Positions 50,107 to 61,400 of a DNA stretch of 64,000 nucleotides are shown piece after piece (the stretch's first letter is position 1; every line of letters starts with the position of its first letter). The position numbers and the translations under genes are program-made. The notes beneath the pieces were generated by a model. That model had not been told where the DNA came from, made no database searches, and was given only the letters and a program-made list of their open reading frames with translations. This stretch comes from Bilabrum cf. latius. Its lineage: Eukaryota. Where the stretch lies: assembly GCA_965178125.1 (NCBI GenBank), contig OZ237754.1, forward strand, positions 248,001 to 312,000, read 5' to 3'.

Positions 50107-50204
50107 AGATCGGATCGAGGATCGGATCGGATCGGATCGAGGCTCAGGGGTCGAGGATAGGATAGGATAGGATAGGATAGGATAGGATAGGATAGGATCG
50201 GATC
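50107..50204. repeat. Pentanucleotide microsatellite (GATAG)8 with flanking GATCG units
   Basis: GATAG x8 at 50156-50195. GATCG units at about 50108-50139 and 50196-50204. Lies between two convergent stop codons. Confidence 0.95.
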
Positions 50205-51153
50205 ATGATGAGCCGCCGTACGAGTCGCTGCCAGTCGTCTTCGCCCCTGGCTTGGGCCAGACCATGGCCATGCCCCGGTGGGCGGTCTCCACCCCGAGGA
50301 ACAGGAACGCGTTTGCGACGAAAGCGCGCAGGACCGCTGCGGACCAGCCCCTGTACAGCATCGCGGGGCCCTCCTTCCGGACGAGACCCAAGAACCGTCG
50401 CAAAGGGCCCTCCCTCTCCCCCTCCCTGCCCCTCCCGCTTTGCTGCCCTTCCGCGCCGGCGGCGCCTTGCGTCTGCAGGAAGGATTTAGCCACGTCAAAG
50501 GGGTACACGATGGACCAGGCCGTGGATCCCGCCATGCCGCCGCAGACAAAGACCTCGAGGCTGGTGAGCTCGGACTGGGACTGCCGGCCCATGAGCGCTT
50601 GCGCTGCCCGACAGTAGGAGCGATATGACAGGAAGAAGAGCGTGTTGAATGGCAGGTCTCTCGCAAGCAGAGCCGACAGACCCACCGTTGGTGCACGCAG
50701 GCCGTACATGCCCCATACTTCACGGAGCGACTTGCGCAGCGCCGGAAGGCCTTTGAGATTGCGCTCGAACTACATTCTGCACTTAATGAGCTCTGGAAAG
50801 CATATTGATGTGGCAGAAAAGAATCCAGATGCTGTTCCAGTCAGCGCGTGCTGCCATAAGGTTAACTTGTCCTCGTCACCAGACCCGTCCTCGGTAAGCA
50901 GCCGGCAAAACACGCCATTTGCACTAAACAGAACCGTGTTCTCCACCATAGCTGAAGCTAACGCCGGCATTGCCCCTCGCCATAGTGCAAAAAGGCCTTC
51001 TGTTTTCAGCATGGACCTGGATGCTGCCACGAGAGAGTGCCCATAACGAGCGCCCTGAGTTGCAAGCCTCAGCTTCAACGTATCCAAGGGAAGGCCTCCG
51101 TACACGAGACAGACTGAGCCAAAGGCCCCTGCAATCGAATCCCTGACATCCAT
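50203..51153 (-). CDS. Mitochondrial carrier (SLC25), ornithine/carnitine carrier-like; 316 aa
   Basis: Three signature motifs: PLDTLKLRL, PELIKCRM*, PFDVAKSFLQ. Also EGLFALWRG, ENTVLF, RDLPF, LYRG, RAFVANA. Single TAG at 50770. Ends at TGA 50203-50205. Confidence 0.92.
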
Positions 51154-51371
51154 GTTTAATCCCAACGCATCCTTGGTCCAGATGCTCGAATGAAAGCTTT
51201 TCAGCGGCACTGGTGTATCGAAGTTCCGCAACTCTGCGCGGCGACATCGGCCTCAACGAGCAAATCGATAGCATTCACGCTCGTGGCACGGTCCCTGGAG
51301 ACAGGCACCTCTTGCTGCACGAGAGCTGGGTTTACGTGCTGTTTGATTTGCAAGCCGTCAGCTAAAATCCG

Positions 51372-54018
51372 ATGGGATGCGGTGCATCACAGCTTCAAGT
51401 CACTGTGAGTTCAGACGTCGGTTGCTCTCGATGCGTTCGACCCAGCTACCGCTCATGCTGTGTATCGCTGCTTGTAAATTATCCAACAAAACAAACCAGC
51501 TTACTGCTTTCTAATGTGTATGCTGGACCGCCTCCATTCGCAGCCCGCTGACTCTGGGGATCCGTCTCAGTCTGCCGCCTCTGGAGCAGGTACTGATGAG
51601 TCTAAGGCTGCGCAGTCCACCATTATTGCTGGCGGCAAGGTAGCTGGTGGAGCTACGTTGCCAGACATGGAGTAGCGAATCGCAGCTGGTTTGGAGGCGC
51701 AGCGCGTTATGACTGGCGGGCGCGAGCGTCGCCAGGAAATTCGTGCAGAATCGTATGCCAATGCCCGAAGGCAGGCCAGGTCCAGCGGGTTTGGCGGGGG
51801 CCTCGGGCACCGCTTTCCTCAAATCAAGAAGGCAGAAGATGAGCGAATCCAGATTCTGGAGGCGTTGGCTCACATCTTCCTGTTCAGCAAGCTCAACGCA
51901 GAGGAGAAGCAGATGCTGGTGGACGCCATGGAACGAGAGAAATTCCCCGCAGGGACCGATATCGTGAAGCAAGGCGATCAAGGCGATATGTTCTACATCA
52001 TCAAGTCCGGCCGGGCGAACGTCCTGGTGGACGGCAAGGAAGTGAACTAGCTGGACAAGGGCGACCATTTTGGAGAGCTCGCGCTGCTGTACGCCACGCC
52101 ACGCAATGCCACCATCCGAGCGGCGTTTCCCACGCAATGCTTCTCGCTGCCTCGTGCGGTGTACCGCACCATCGTGGTCGCCTCTTCCTCCAAGACCGCT
52201 CAGGAGAACCGGCACTTCCTATCAAGGGTGAAGCTGCTGCGCACCGCGCTCAACAAGCAGCAGGTCAGCACGCTCGCTGGCGCACTGCAGCAGTTCGAAT
52301 TCAACCGGGGGGACACGATCGTCAAACAGGGCGATCCAGGCGCGGTGTTTTATATCATCCGCAAAGGAAGCGTGGAGGTGCAGGTGCGATCGAAAGACGC
52401 AGCGGCAGGCGGTGGAGACGAAGAGAAGCAGCAGAAGAAGAAGCAATCGCTGGTGCCCCCGGCAATCGAAGGAGAGGACGAGGAGCTGGAAGCCAAGTGC
52501 GGGCCCATCGCACAGGCCCTGGAGCTGTCGGCCGGTGCGTTCTTCGGCGAGCAGTCGCTTTTGAACGACAAGCCCAGGGCCGCCACGGTGAGAGCCAAGG
52601 AACACGTCACGGTGCTGGCGCTGCTCCGCGACGAATTCGAGGAGATCTTGGGGCCCTTGCAGTCGCTCATGCGCAAGAACCACTCGAAGAGGGAGCTGCT
52701 GGGCAGACAGTTCCAGGCGGATGCTCAGGTGCACCGTGAGGCAAGCGACCTGGGAGACGAGTCGCCTCGCGCGTCTGGGGCGGACACGACATCTGCCGCT
52801 GGTACGTCAGCGAGAAACGGGGCGGCAGGTGCTGGCGGTGCGACCGGTGCCCGTGGGGAACTTGACGACATCGGCACGGCGGTGGAAGCAGACGAAGAGG
52901 AAGAAGACGATGAGGCACCCAAGGGCATGACACCGATGCAAGCTGCCCAAGCGGCGGCTCGCGGCGGCAGGGTGGGTGGGATGATGAAGGCCAAGGCCTC
53001 CTTCCGGTCGGAGAGGCCAGACATCTCGCTAGAGTCGTTGGAGAAGCTAGCGGTGCTCGGCGAGGGAGCCTTCGGGAGCGTGAAGCTGGTCCGAGTGCGG
53101 GGCACCAGCGAGGTGTACGCTCTCAAGCAGATGAGCAAAGCAAGGATCGTGAAGACAAACCAGAAGCGCAACGTGCTGAACGAAAAGGCCATCATGATGC
53201 GGCTCAAGCACCCGTTTATCCTGCGCCTGATCAAGACCTTCAAGGACAGAGACTGCCTCTACCTACTCATGGAGTTCCTGCAAGGCGGCGACTTCTTCGG
53301 GCTGCTTTCGAGGCAGCCGCACGGCAATCTGCGGCGGCGGCAGGCAAACTACTACGCTGGCATCGTCACGACTGTACTGGAGCACGTGCACAGCCGATCC
53401 ATTGTCTACAGAGATCTCAAGCCCGAGAACCTGGTGCTTGATAGGAGCGGGGTAATGAAGGTAGTTGACTTTGGATTTGCCAAGTATCTTCCTCCCGGGC
53501 AACGCACCACCACTCTGTGCGGAACGCCTGAGTACTTGGCTCCTGAGCTGGTGCAGGGCACCGGGCATGGACAAGGGGTGGACTATTGGGCCCTGGGGAT
53601 CCTCATCTACGAGATGCTGGTCTCGTACAGCCCGTTTGCAGACCACGAGAACAACGAGCAGCTCAAGATCTACAAGAACATCCTGAGAAAGAACCCCAAG
53701 TTCCCCAGCCGAGGCACGCACATCGACAAGGATTCAAGGGACCTCATCGAGCGGCTCCTGAACAAGAACCCCTCCAAGCGGCTGGGTTCGCTCAGGGGAG
53801 GCGCACGTGACATCATGAATCACCCCTGGTTCAGCACGTTTTCCTTCGACAAGCTGATGCAAGGTCAGATGAAGCCGCCGTTCAAGCCAGACGTGAAGGG
53901 GAATACGGACGTGAGCATGTTTGCCATGGACGATGACGAAGAGGACGAGGACCGCGTGCGGCACGATCGGATTGAGCCGTACAAGGATGACGGAACAGGT
54001 TGGGACGAAGCCTTCTGA
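51372..54018 (+). CDS. Cyclic-nucleotide-dependent protein kinase (PKG-like: 2 CNB domains plus AGC kinase), N-terminal MGCxxS acylation motif; join(51372..51404,51544..54018), 835 aa
   Basis: Exon 1 encodes MGCGASQLQVT. CNB cassettes FGELALLYATPRNAT and FGEQSLLNDKPRAAT. Kinase motifs GEGAFG, YALK, YRDLKPEN, DFG, TLCGTPEYLAPE and an AGC tail. TAGs at 51673 and 52048. Ends at TGA 54016-54018. Confidence 0.92.
51405..51543 (+). other. Spliceosomal intron (GT-AG, 139 nt) of the kinase gene
   Basis: GTGAGT donor, CTAAT branch-like site at 51511, TTCGCAG acceptor (same ending as intron 290-456). Phase 0 and in frame. Confidence 0.8.
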
Positions 54019-54354
54019 TCCCGGGGATGCTTGTGAATTCTTTTTCACGATTCTTGGCGCCTCTGCTTTGACTGGACTGATAAACACAGCATTGACTAAA
54101 CCCGTTCGTAAGTCTACTTCATCTTTATAAGGTTCATTGAAGTCAAGTTGTGCGTTGCCGGTGAGGATGCTTACGCACACTCGGCACCGTCTAGACATGG
54201 TGCCGTGCCACCACCGTGCCACCGCTGACAGTGGGAGGTTATAAGAAGAATCTATGCTCGAACTCGAACAGAGCACCTTACGGTTACCAGTCCACATCCG
54301 GATCCGCTGCAGTTAAGCTTCGGTAAGCCGGATTCGTTGAGGTCTCACCGTTTC

Positions 54355-57300
54355 TTACAATCCAAATCTGGCCAAAATGGTCCTCCTTACCGGCTTCATG
54401 TGCCCGTTGTAGCATCCATTGGCTTCCGTCCAAGCGTGCAAACCGCCATTGTCAATGGCTAGGCCAGCAGGCCACCCGCCCTCCGGCAACCCTTTCAGCA
54501 TGCAAGCCTATCTGCACTCCGAGAGAACGTCACTAGCCTAGGAAGCGGCTGCTGACTCGGAAGGCATCACCACCAACACCACAATCTGTGTCGAACCGTC
54601 AACCAAAGATGAAGTACCGTCGGTGAGCTGAGCTGCATGCCGTTCGCCCACGGTCTCCATGCAGCTGCGCCACTTGCCAGCTGGTACCAACGCGACAACG
54701 CAGTCAGCTATGGAACTCAATTCACTGCAGGCCGCCTGTACGTCTGCTGGAGACAAAACAAGCTATGATCTGGACGTCACGGTGGATGCAGCACCAGTAC
54801 TAGCACCAGCTTCAGCAGCACCACCAGCTCCAATCAAAGGAATTACAGCCCCAACTCTTTCCAGTACACGTAACCGCCACTCCCACACCGGTCTGGCCCT
54901 GCCCGAGCAACCGTCAGGCGGTATAGCGCCCGCAAGGTACTTTGCGGCAAACTCCCGAGTTGTTTTATCATCTTTGCGAGGGATCGCATCTGCTGGCACA
55001 ACGAGAGCTGCTTCGTCATGCACTACCACTCCAGTCAGAGGGTTGACTTGCTTCAGTTCCCACGCAGCCACATCACCCGTGGCCATCCAGCCGTTGCCGA
55101 GAAAGCATGCCTCGTCTCCTGGCTTCGGGCGCAGGTAGCCTCCACCTTCAGCCAGCAGCTGGGGCGTCTTCACCACAACCTCTCCGACCAGAAGCACAGA
55201 CCCACGTTGCGGATCCTTCGCTTCCAAAGCAACCCTTGCTGCACCGCTTGTACTTGAAAGACATGCTTCGTCTGCGCATGGCGTCAGTGCAACTTCCGCG
55301 CCCGCTGCGTCGGGCCGATGCACGGCAGGTGGGCCCGACGTCCACTCTGCAGCTGCTGACTCTGGGTCCCATGCCTCCAGCGACGCGGGCTATCCGTCTG
55401 CAAGCAGGGGCCTGAGTCGGAGTTGCGCACCGCTGTATACCTTGCCGTCTTCGCAGATGGCTCCTGCCTCCGTGGAGCCGTACGACTCGTGCAGCGCGGT
55501 GGGAGCCAACAGTCTCTGGGCAAAGGCTTGCACCTCGTGCGTGGTTGGCGCCCCGCCTGTCACCACAACCCGGAGTCTGCCCCCGGTCAGCTAGCGCACA
55601 CGTTGCAAGGCCGATTCGCTCGCAGTGTCACGGTCTCTCTCCGAGGCGGCCGTCCCGGTGAGGCTGTTCATCTCTCGAGAGAATACTGCCCGCAAGCCGC
55701 TCCAGATCCGAGGCGGGCCAGCAAAGGCAGTGGGTTTCAGGGCCTGAACCTGCTTCATCAAGCCGAGCACGCCGTTGTCGGCTAGCCCGTCGGTTTTAAC
55801 TAAGCCCTGCTTTTTGGACTTTTCGTGCTGAAGCCAGTTGCTGTGGTCGTAGTGACAGAGACCTACCCTCCCACCATTGCACACGAATTCCCACAGTCGG
55901 AAACGATCGGAAGAATGCGACAACGGGATGAAAGATGCAGTTACCAACGGGCAGGCCGTGCTGTTGGCAATAGATGCAAACTGGCGCGAAGTTACCTTGA
56001 CTCCTTTGGCCCTCCCACTGCTCCCGCTCGTGTACAGCAGGGTGAAGATGGAATCGGGACCACCTCGTGGTAGCGCGTCTGGATCATCAAGACCAGTCGT
56101 CAGACAGCGTGCACGCGCCTCATATGTGCTTTCAGCGGACGCATCTCCCTGTTCGTTGGTTGCTTGTTCGTCCAGCAGCAGCTCGCGCATTCGCCTTGCG
56201 CCTGTCCCTTGGCGTGCAGGCGAAACAGCGGCGTCTAAATGCCGGCGAACAGCAGCATCGAACCATTCGACGGAGCATCCAGCCTTTCTCAGTGCATCTG
56301 TGTGCTCTCCTGCAGGTGGCTGGTCACCTGCTGCGCCTGCACCTGAGCCCCTGATCACGAATAGGGTGGTGACCTTGCTAATCCGCCCTGCGATGCGGCC
56401 GGCAGCGAATCGATCGACTGCTGTGCCGGTCTCGCAGACGTGGATCCGCGCGTCGCAGTGCTCCATCATGTCCGCGGTCATGGCATCGCTGAAGGAAGCA
56501 TGCACGCCAACGGGTGCCATCCCGGCCAGGCAGGCGCCGAAATCACTCACAACGAACTCGACGCGGTTCGCCGCTCGGATGGCCACCGTTGCTATGCTTG
56601 TTTCTCTCGCCGTTCCAGCGCCGGAGGCAGCAGCTGGTGGCTCCACCTATCGATCATCGACATCGGCAGGCCCACGGTCTAGGGCCTCCTTGAACGCCAA
56701 TGCGGCAGCTCTAGCCAGCGCCCCGACTTGAAAATGAGTGAGCCAGTGAAAGTGTCCGACCTGCCACATGCCTCCGACAGCAGACACCTCGTTGCTCTTT
56801 GCTGCGCTGGGCAAGACTGGCAAACTTGCGCCTGCATCGGCGACTGCGCATGGTGTTTCATTGCGTGACTGGGCGGCAGCTGACGAAGCATCGCCTTCTC
56901 CTGAATCGGAATGGGAATCACGACCGCCACCGGCTTGTATAGGCGCTCCTAGAATAGACGGGTGTGGGCACAGGATAGCAGGTACGTTGTCCGAGTGGGC
57001 CAATGCTTGTACCGCAGATGCAGCTGCCCCCGGGCCACTCGCAGCTGGTCCTGGTGCCGGTGTCGGACCTGAGTGCTAGGCGGTCAGCGATTTTGCTGCC
57101 GCAGACACCGCGTCTGCCGGGTCCATGCTGCTTGCTTCGGGAACGGATGCGAGCAATTCAGCAGCATTCATCCTCCACTGGTCAGCGTCTTGCAGCAGGA
57201 GCCCAGCCACCCCATTTGTGAGGGATTGGGGAGAGGTCGGGGGGACCGGCAGCGTCATCGCAACCGCCTCCTCGCCGATCGGTATCCCTATGCACGGCCG

Positions 57301-58347
57301 GTTCTCGTACGTTAGCAGTGCACGATGGAGGATTCCAGCGGGCGAACGATACTATCCAGGCGCGGGGTGAACGGATATATGAGGAAACAACGAGGCGTCC
57401 TCTTGGACCCAGAATCCGCAAGATAATGGCTCGATGCGAAGGAGCAGGTGCAGACCCAGGCAGCCCATGTGCCTGACGGGCGCGTGCTCAGAAGATAGCA
57501 TAGCTGTGACACACGAGGATAGACTCCCAGGGCCGTGCAGAACCACTCGATGCGCCCTATCGCAGTGCAAGCGAGCATTCGCGGCAGGATCCGGCGACGC
57601 GCTCGGAATAAAATCACCGGCATCCAGGCATCGCCAGCGCAGAGTCCCAACACCGCGATCCCACGACTATATTGGTACACCAGTCAACTCGCAAATTGAA
57701 ACATTGATACTTCGACCGGTTTCAACGTCCTCGATACCATCTCCCTTGAAGTCTGAGCGATCTCCGCCACGCCTGAGAAGCAGGTACTGCAGCTGCCAAT
57801 GAAATGGAGCCCCCACCTCTGCGCATTTAGCTTTGTATAACTCCAAAGATGAATTGTAGTCGTCTTGGGCATCACTCAGTTCCTTCGGCCGCGCGAGGCT
57901 TGCTGCGTTCTCCTCCTTGACCCGTGCAATAATGCCCGGGATCACTGCTCGACACTCCGAAAGTATGGAGTCAACCTATCGGAGGCTACCAATTAATTCA
58001 TTTGCGTATTCCATCGCTGCAATTGCGGTCGCAGCCTCTGACAAAGCGATCGTACTAGCAATAGATCGCGCGGCAACAGCTTTGGCACGGCCCATGTATT
58101 CATCCAATGCGGCTGAAACTTTTTCATTTCCGATGCCAGAGCTATCTTTGAGCTTACTAGACTAGGACGCCAGTGATACTTCATACTGCTGGTCAGCTGT
58201 CCTGAATCGAGCAGCCGAGGCCTACAGCAACTCGACGGTGCGATTCAGATCGTCAACGGATCCTACAGAAACGTCGGAAGGTGCATAGCGGAAGGTGCGC
58301 CAGCTAAGAGCCTCGGCCATTCTGTCGTCCGCTCCAGAATTTGCCAT
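54355..58347 (-). CDS. AMP-dependent synthetase (long-chain acyl-CoA ligase / CAR adenylation-domain-like) with helical N-terminal extension; ~1330 aa with TAG=Gln
   Basis: LYTSGSSGRAKGV P-loop, FIPLSH, GGRLRVVVTGGAP, ESYGSTEAG, GWMATGDV, and C-terminal WTEANG...KPVRRTILARF directly followed by TAA 54355-54357. One frame with 12 TAGs. Confidence 0.82.
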
Positions 58348-58466
58348 TTTTTGAGGTCTGTTTTGAATGTGGCGAGTTCTGAGCCCAAGGCTAGTGCAGC
58401 TCCGGATCCTCCCGATGGTGGTCCCCATTCTCGTGGGAGAGGCTTCGCATTACACAGATTGAATGT

Positions 58467-61400
58467 TCAAGCAACAATACTTATACCTACGACTAGAACA
58501 GGCTCCAGCTGCGCCTTGCTCGCGCTCGACTGGCGTTGAAGTCCTGCCAGAGTGCTTCCGGCTACCGGCGCACCGTGCCCATCCTAGATGGCACCCCTTG
58601 CTTCGCCAGCGGGTGCCTGGGATCTTCTCACCGCGAAACGCACGGTAATGAGCAGGAGCGAGCAAACGATGTTACCACAGCCGACTTTCACCCTAATCCG
58701 CACCTCCGGGGTGCCGTCTCTCGCGATGGATCGAGTCATTCCGCACCACGGTATCTAGGAGCGATGGCACCCTATTACTGGCAGGGCCGCCGCACCCCCT
58801 TCTGATTGCTAGGGCGCCAGCGGTCTACCGTTACGCCCGTCTTCTTTGTCTTGCTTTCGACCGCGGGTAACATACTTTCCTACTTGCATATTGTCTCGAG
58901 CGACCCGCAGCCCGCCCGATGCTCCCCGCAGGAACACGGAAGGGGGCGGGAAGCTCCCCGGCTGGCCAAAGGGGCCCCGAGTCCCCCTTCGAGAGACTCC
59001 ACCGGCGGAAAGCAAGCAAGGTGCCAGGGTAGACATCCCACGGGCTGCACTTGGCTTCAGAATCCCCCCTGCATACCCCCCATGCGCCGTGCCCCCGGCA
59101 TCCTCAGTGCATCCTGGATCGCCTGCCGCAGAGTTGCTGCTGTCGTCTTCGCCGGCGCCGGCATCCATGCCAATGTACCCGCCTTGCAGGACAGGGCTAG
59201 GGGGCTCCAAGTTGACGAGGTTGCCTAGCGTGCCGTTGCATTGCTTGTCCATGGTCGTCGAGTCTTCCCAGGAGGACACAAACACGTCCTGCAGGTCCTG
59301 GAACCGAGCCTTGACCTGGGCAAACTCGCCCAAAGCAGCATCAGGAGCCTCCTTGCGACCGCCAACAGTGGACACTTCGGTCTCTCGTTGTCTGGGTGAG
59401 AGTAGATCGCCCGCTGATTGCGCCGTCTCCAGAACAAAGTCGCCATCTGTCTCGATGCTTCGAGCCAGATGCTCTGGCGAGTCGTCCACGGACGGACCCT
59501 GCCCTCTAGCCCACGCAGGACGCAGCCTGCTCTTCCCCTATCCTGGAGGCTGTTGTTGCTGAAACTATTGTAGCCCGTCCATGGTGCTCTCTTGCAACTT
59601 GCTGGGCCCATAATACGAAGCCTGCGCTACCCTATTTACTGGCTTGGCTTGACCCCTTCCGTCGTACTTTCGCTGCTCATCCATGGCTGTACCTACCTGG
59701 GTTACGCCCGATCGTAACCCGTTTCTGTGCTTATCTTTGCCCAATGGACTTTCAAGCAAGATTTCAGATTCCTGATCATCATCACCTATCAGCGCTTCGA
59801 GCAGACCGCTCTGGTCGCCCACTAGGAGACCGCCTGGGTCATCGAGGCCTCTGTCGATGGGGTATGCAGGTAGTTTCGGGATCGACGAAAGCGTGCTAGA
59901 CACGTCATTGCTAGATTGCTCAGGTTCTTGTTGCCTCTTGGAGTGCAGCAGTCGCAGCCGCGATGCCACGTCTGTCGCCAGTCCGGGGTCCAGACCTGTT
60001 TCAAGCATCATGACCAATGACAAGCCCGCTGTCCCAGGGTCGTAGCCAGCCCTCAGCTGCTTGCCCCCCAAGTCAGCACCGTGCGAAAAGCGCCGCCGCC
60101 GAGTGCTGCTGGTACCAGCACCTCGGGACTTGGGACGATGCTCGGACGGCGCGGCCACGGATTTGGCATCGTCTTGCCTGCCCGGCTGGCCGTCCATGAC
60201 ACTATGCGCGCCCCCCGCTTCCATTAGCCTGGAATCTAGACGCGAGTGGATGGAAGGCAGCGACCTGGGCTGTCCCACTAGCAGGCTGCTCCCGTGTGAT
60301 GCCTCAGGAAACGTCTCCACGCCGGTGTGCAGCTCGGCAAGTTCGCGGCGCCGCGCGGTTGGAATCGCGGGCGGAGCCACGGTCTCTCCTCGAATGCTGT
60401 CCACCGGCTCGCCCACATCCAGCGACAAAGAGTTGCGAGGCGCCGTCTCGCCATCGTGTCCTGCAGCGGCGCTGCGGCCAGGTGCGAGTAGGAACTCACC
60501 GCCATACTGACGCGCCGGCGGTGCTGGGGGAGCCTTGTATACAGGAGTACCGGTATGCTTGCCGGCGAAGTGGCGCCCGTCATCTTCAGTTGGATCGTCG
60601 TGGTGAGCCAGCCGAACTGGCGCGCCGGTTTTCCCGTGGTTATGGGCGTGTTCCTTGGCCTGCTCCTGGACTGCTTTTAGCAGCGCGTCCTTGCGTACTC
60701 CAATGTATATCTGGTTCATGCTTGACGCCGCAGGTTCGTATTTCAATCTGATCAGTCCACTGAATAGGTCTGGCGAGGTCCCGCTAGTAATGGCACGGCC
60801 AGCCCCACCTGCATGGCCGCCGCCCAGCTGGCCAGCAGCGGCATGCCCGTGATGGCTGTCAAGTAGCGGAACCAGAGCAATCTCCGCTCCCACCCCGACT
60901 GCGTCGAGATACACGTCGTTCACTGCAATGGTCCGCGCGACTAGCCTTTCGATCTGCCTTGCCAGCTTGTCCGCTCCTCGGTGCTTGGATCTGCCGCAGC
61001 ACTCACTCTGACTGCAGCACCACCTGCCAGAGCACGGCGCGCACGGCCCGCATAGCCACAGGAAGGCCCGGGCAACGCAACTGAGTGGTGCACAGAGCTG
61101 CCTGCAGCAGACACAGCCCCCGCACTATCCACGAGCACTACGTCCATCAGCTCGTTGCGACCGTGGGCTGCCGCTGCGCTTCCTGCGTTGCATTTGGACA
61201 GCGCTGCGGTGGCCACTAACCGGAGGCATGTATGCAGATCTGCCACGCCCCCTCATTTCAATCGAGATCGTTTCATTCGCAGGGCTAGTTTGTCGCGCTC
61301 TGAGGCTGGCTCCGCCCCGCTTCACGCTCGGGGATGATCCGTGTCGAGTCCGACGGAACCCACCCAGCCCACCGGTTGTCATCCCTGGAATCATGCCGGC

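Noticed and set aside
49716-50723. 335-aa minus-strand ORF with ILSYP repeats
   Set aside because: It is an alternative frame of the carrier gene running through the GATAG microsatellite and antisense to pheA.
50770-50772. Pyrrolysine or programmed single-site readthrough
   Set aside because: TAGs occur up to 20 times per gene in unrelated eukaryotic proteins, at Gln-type positions, with no evident shared downstream context. Low-efficiency readthrough could not yield full-length products.
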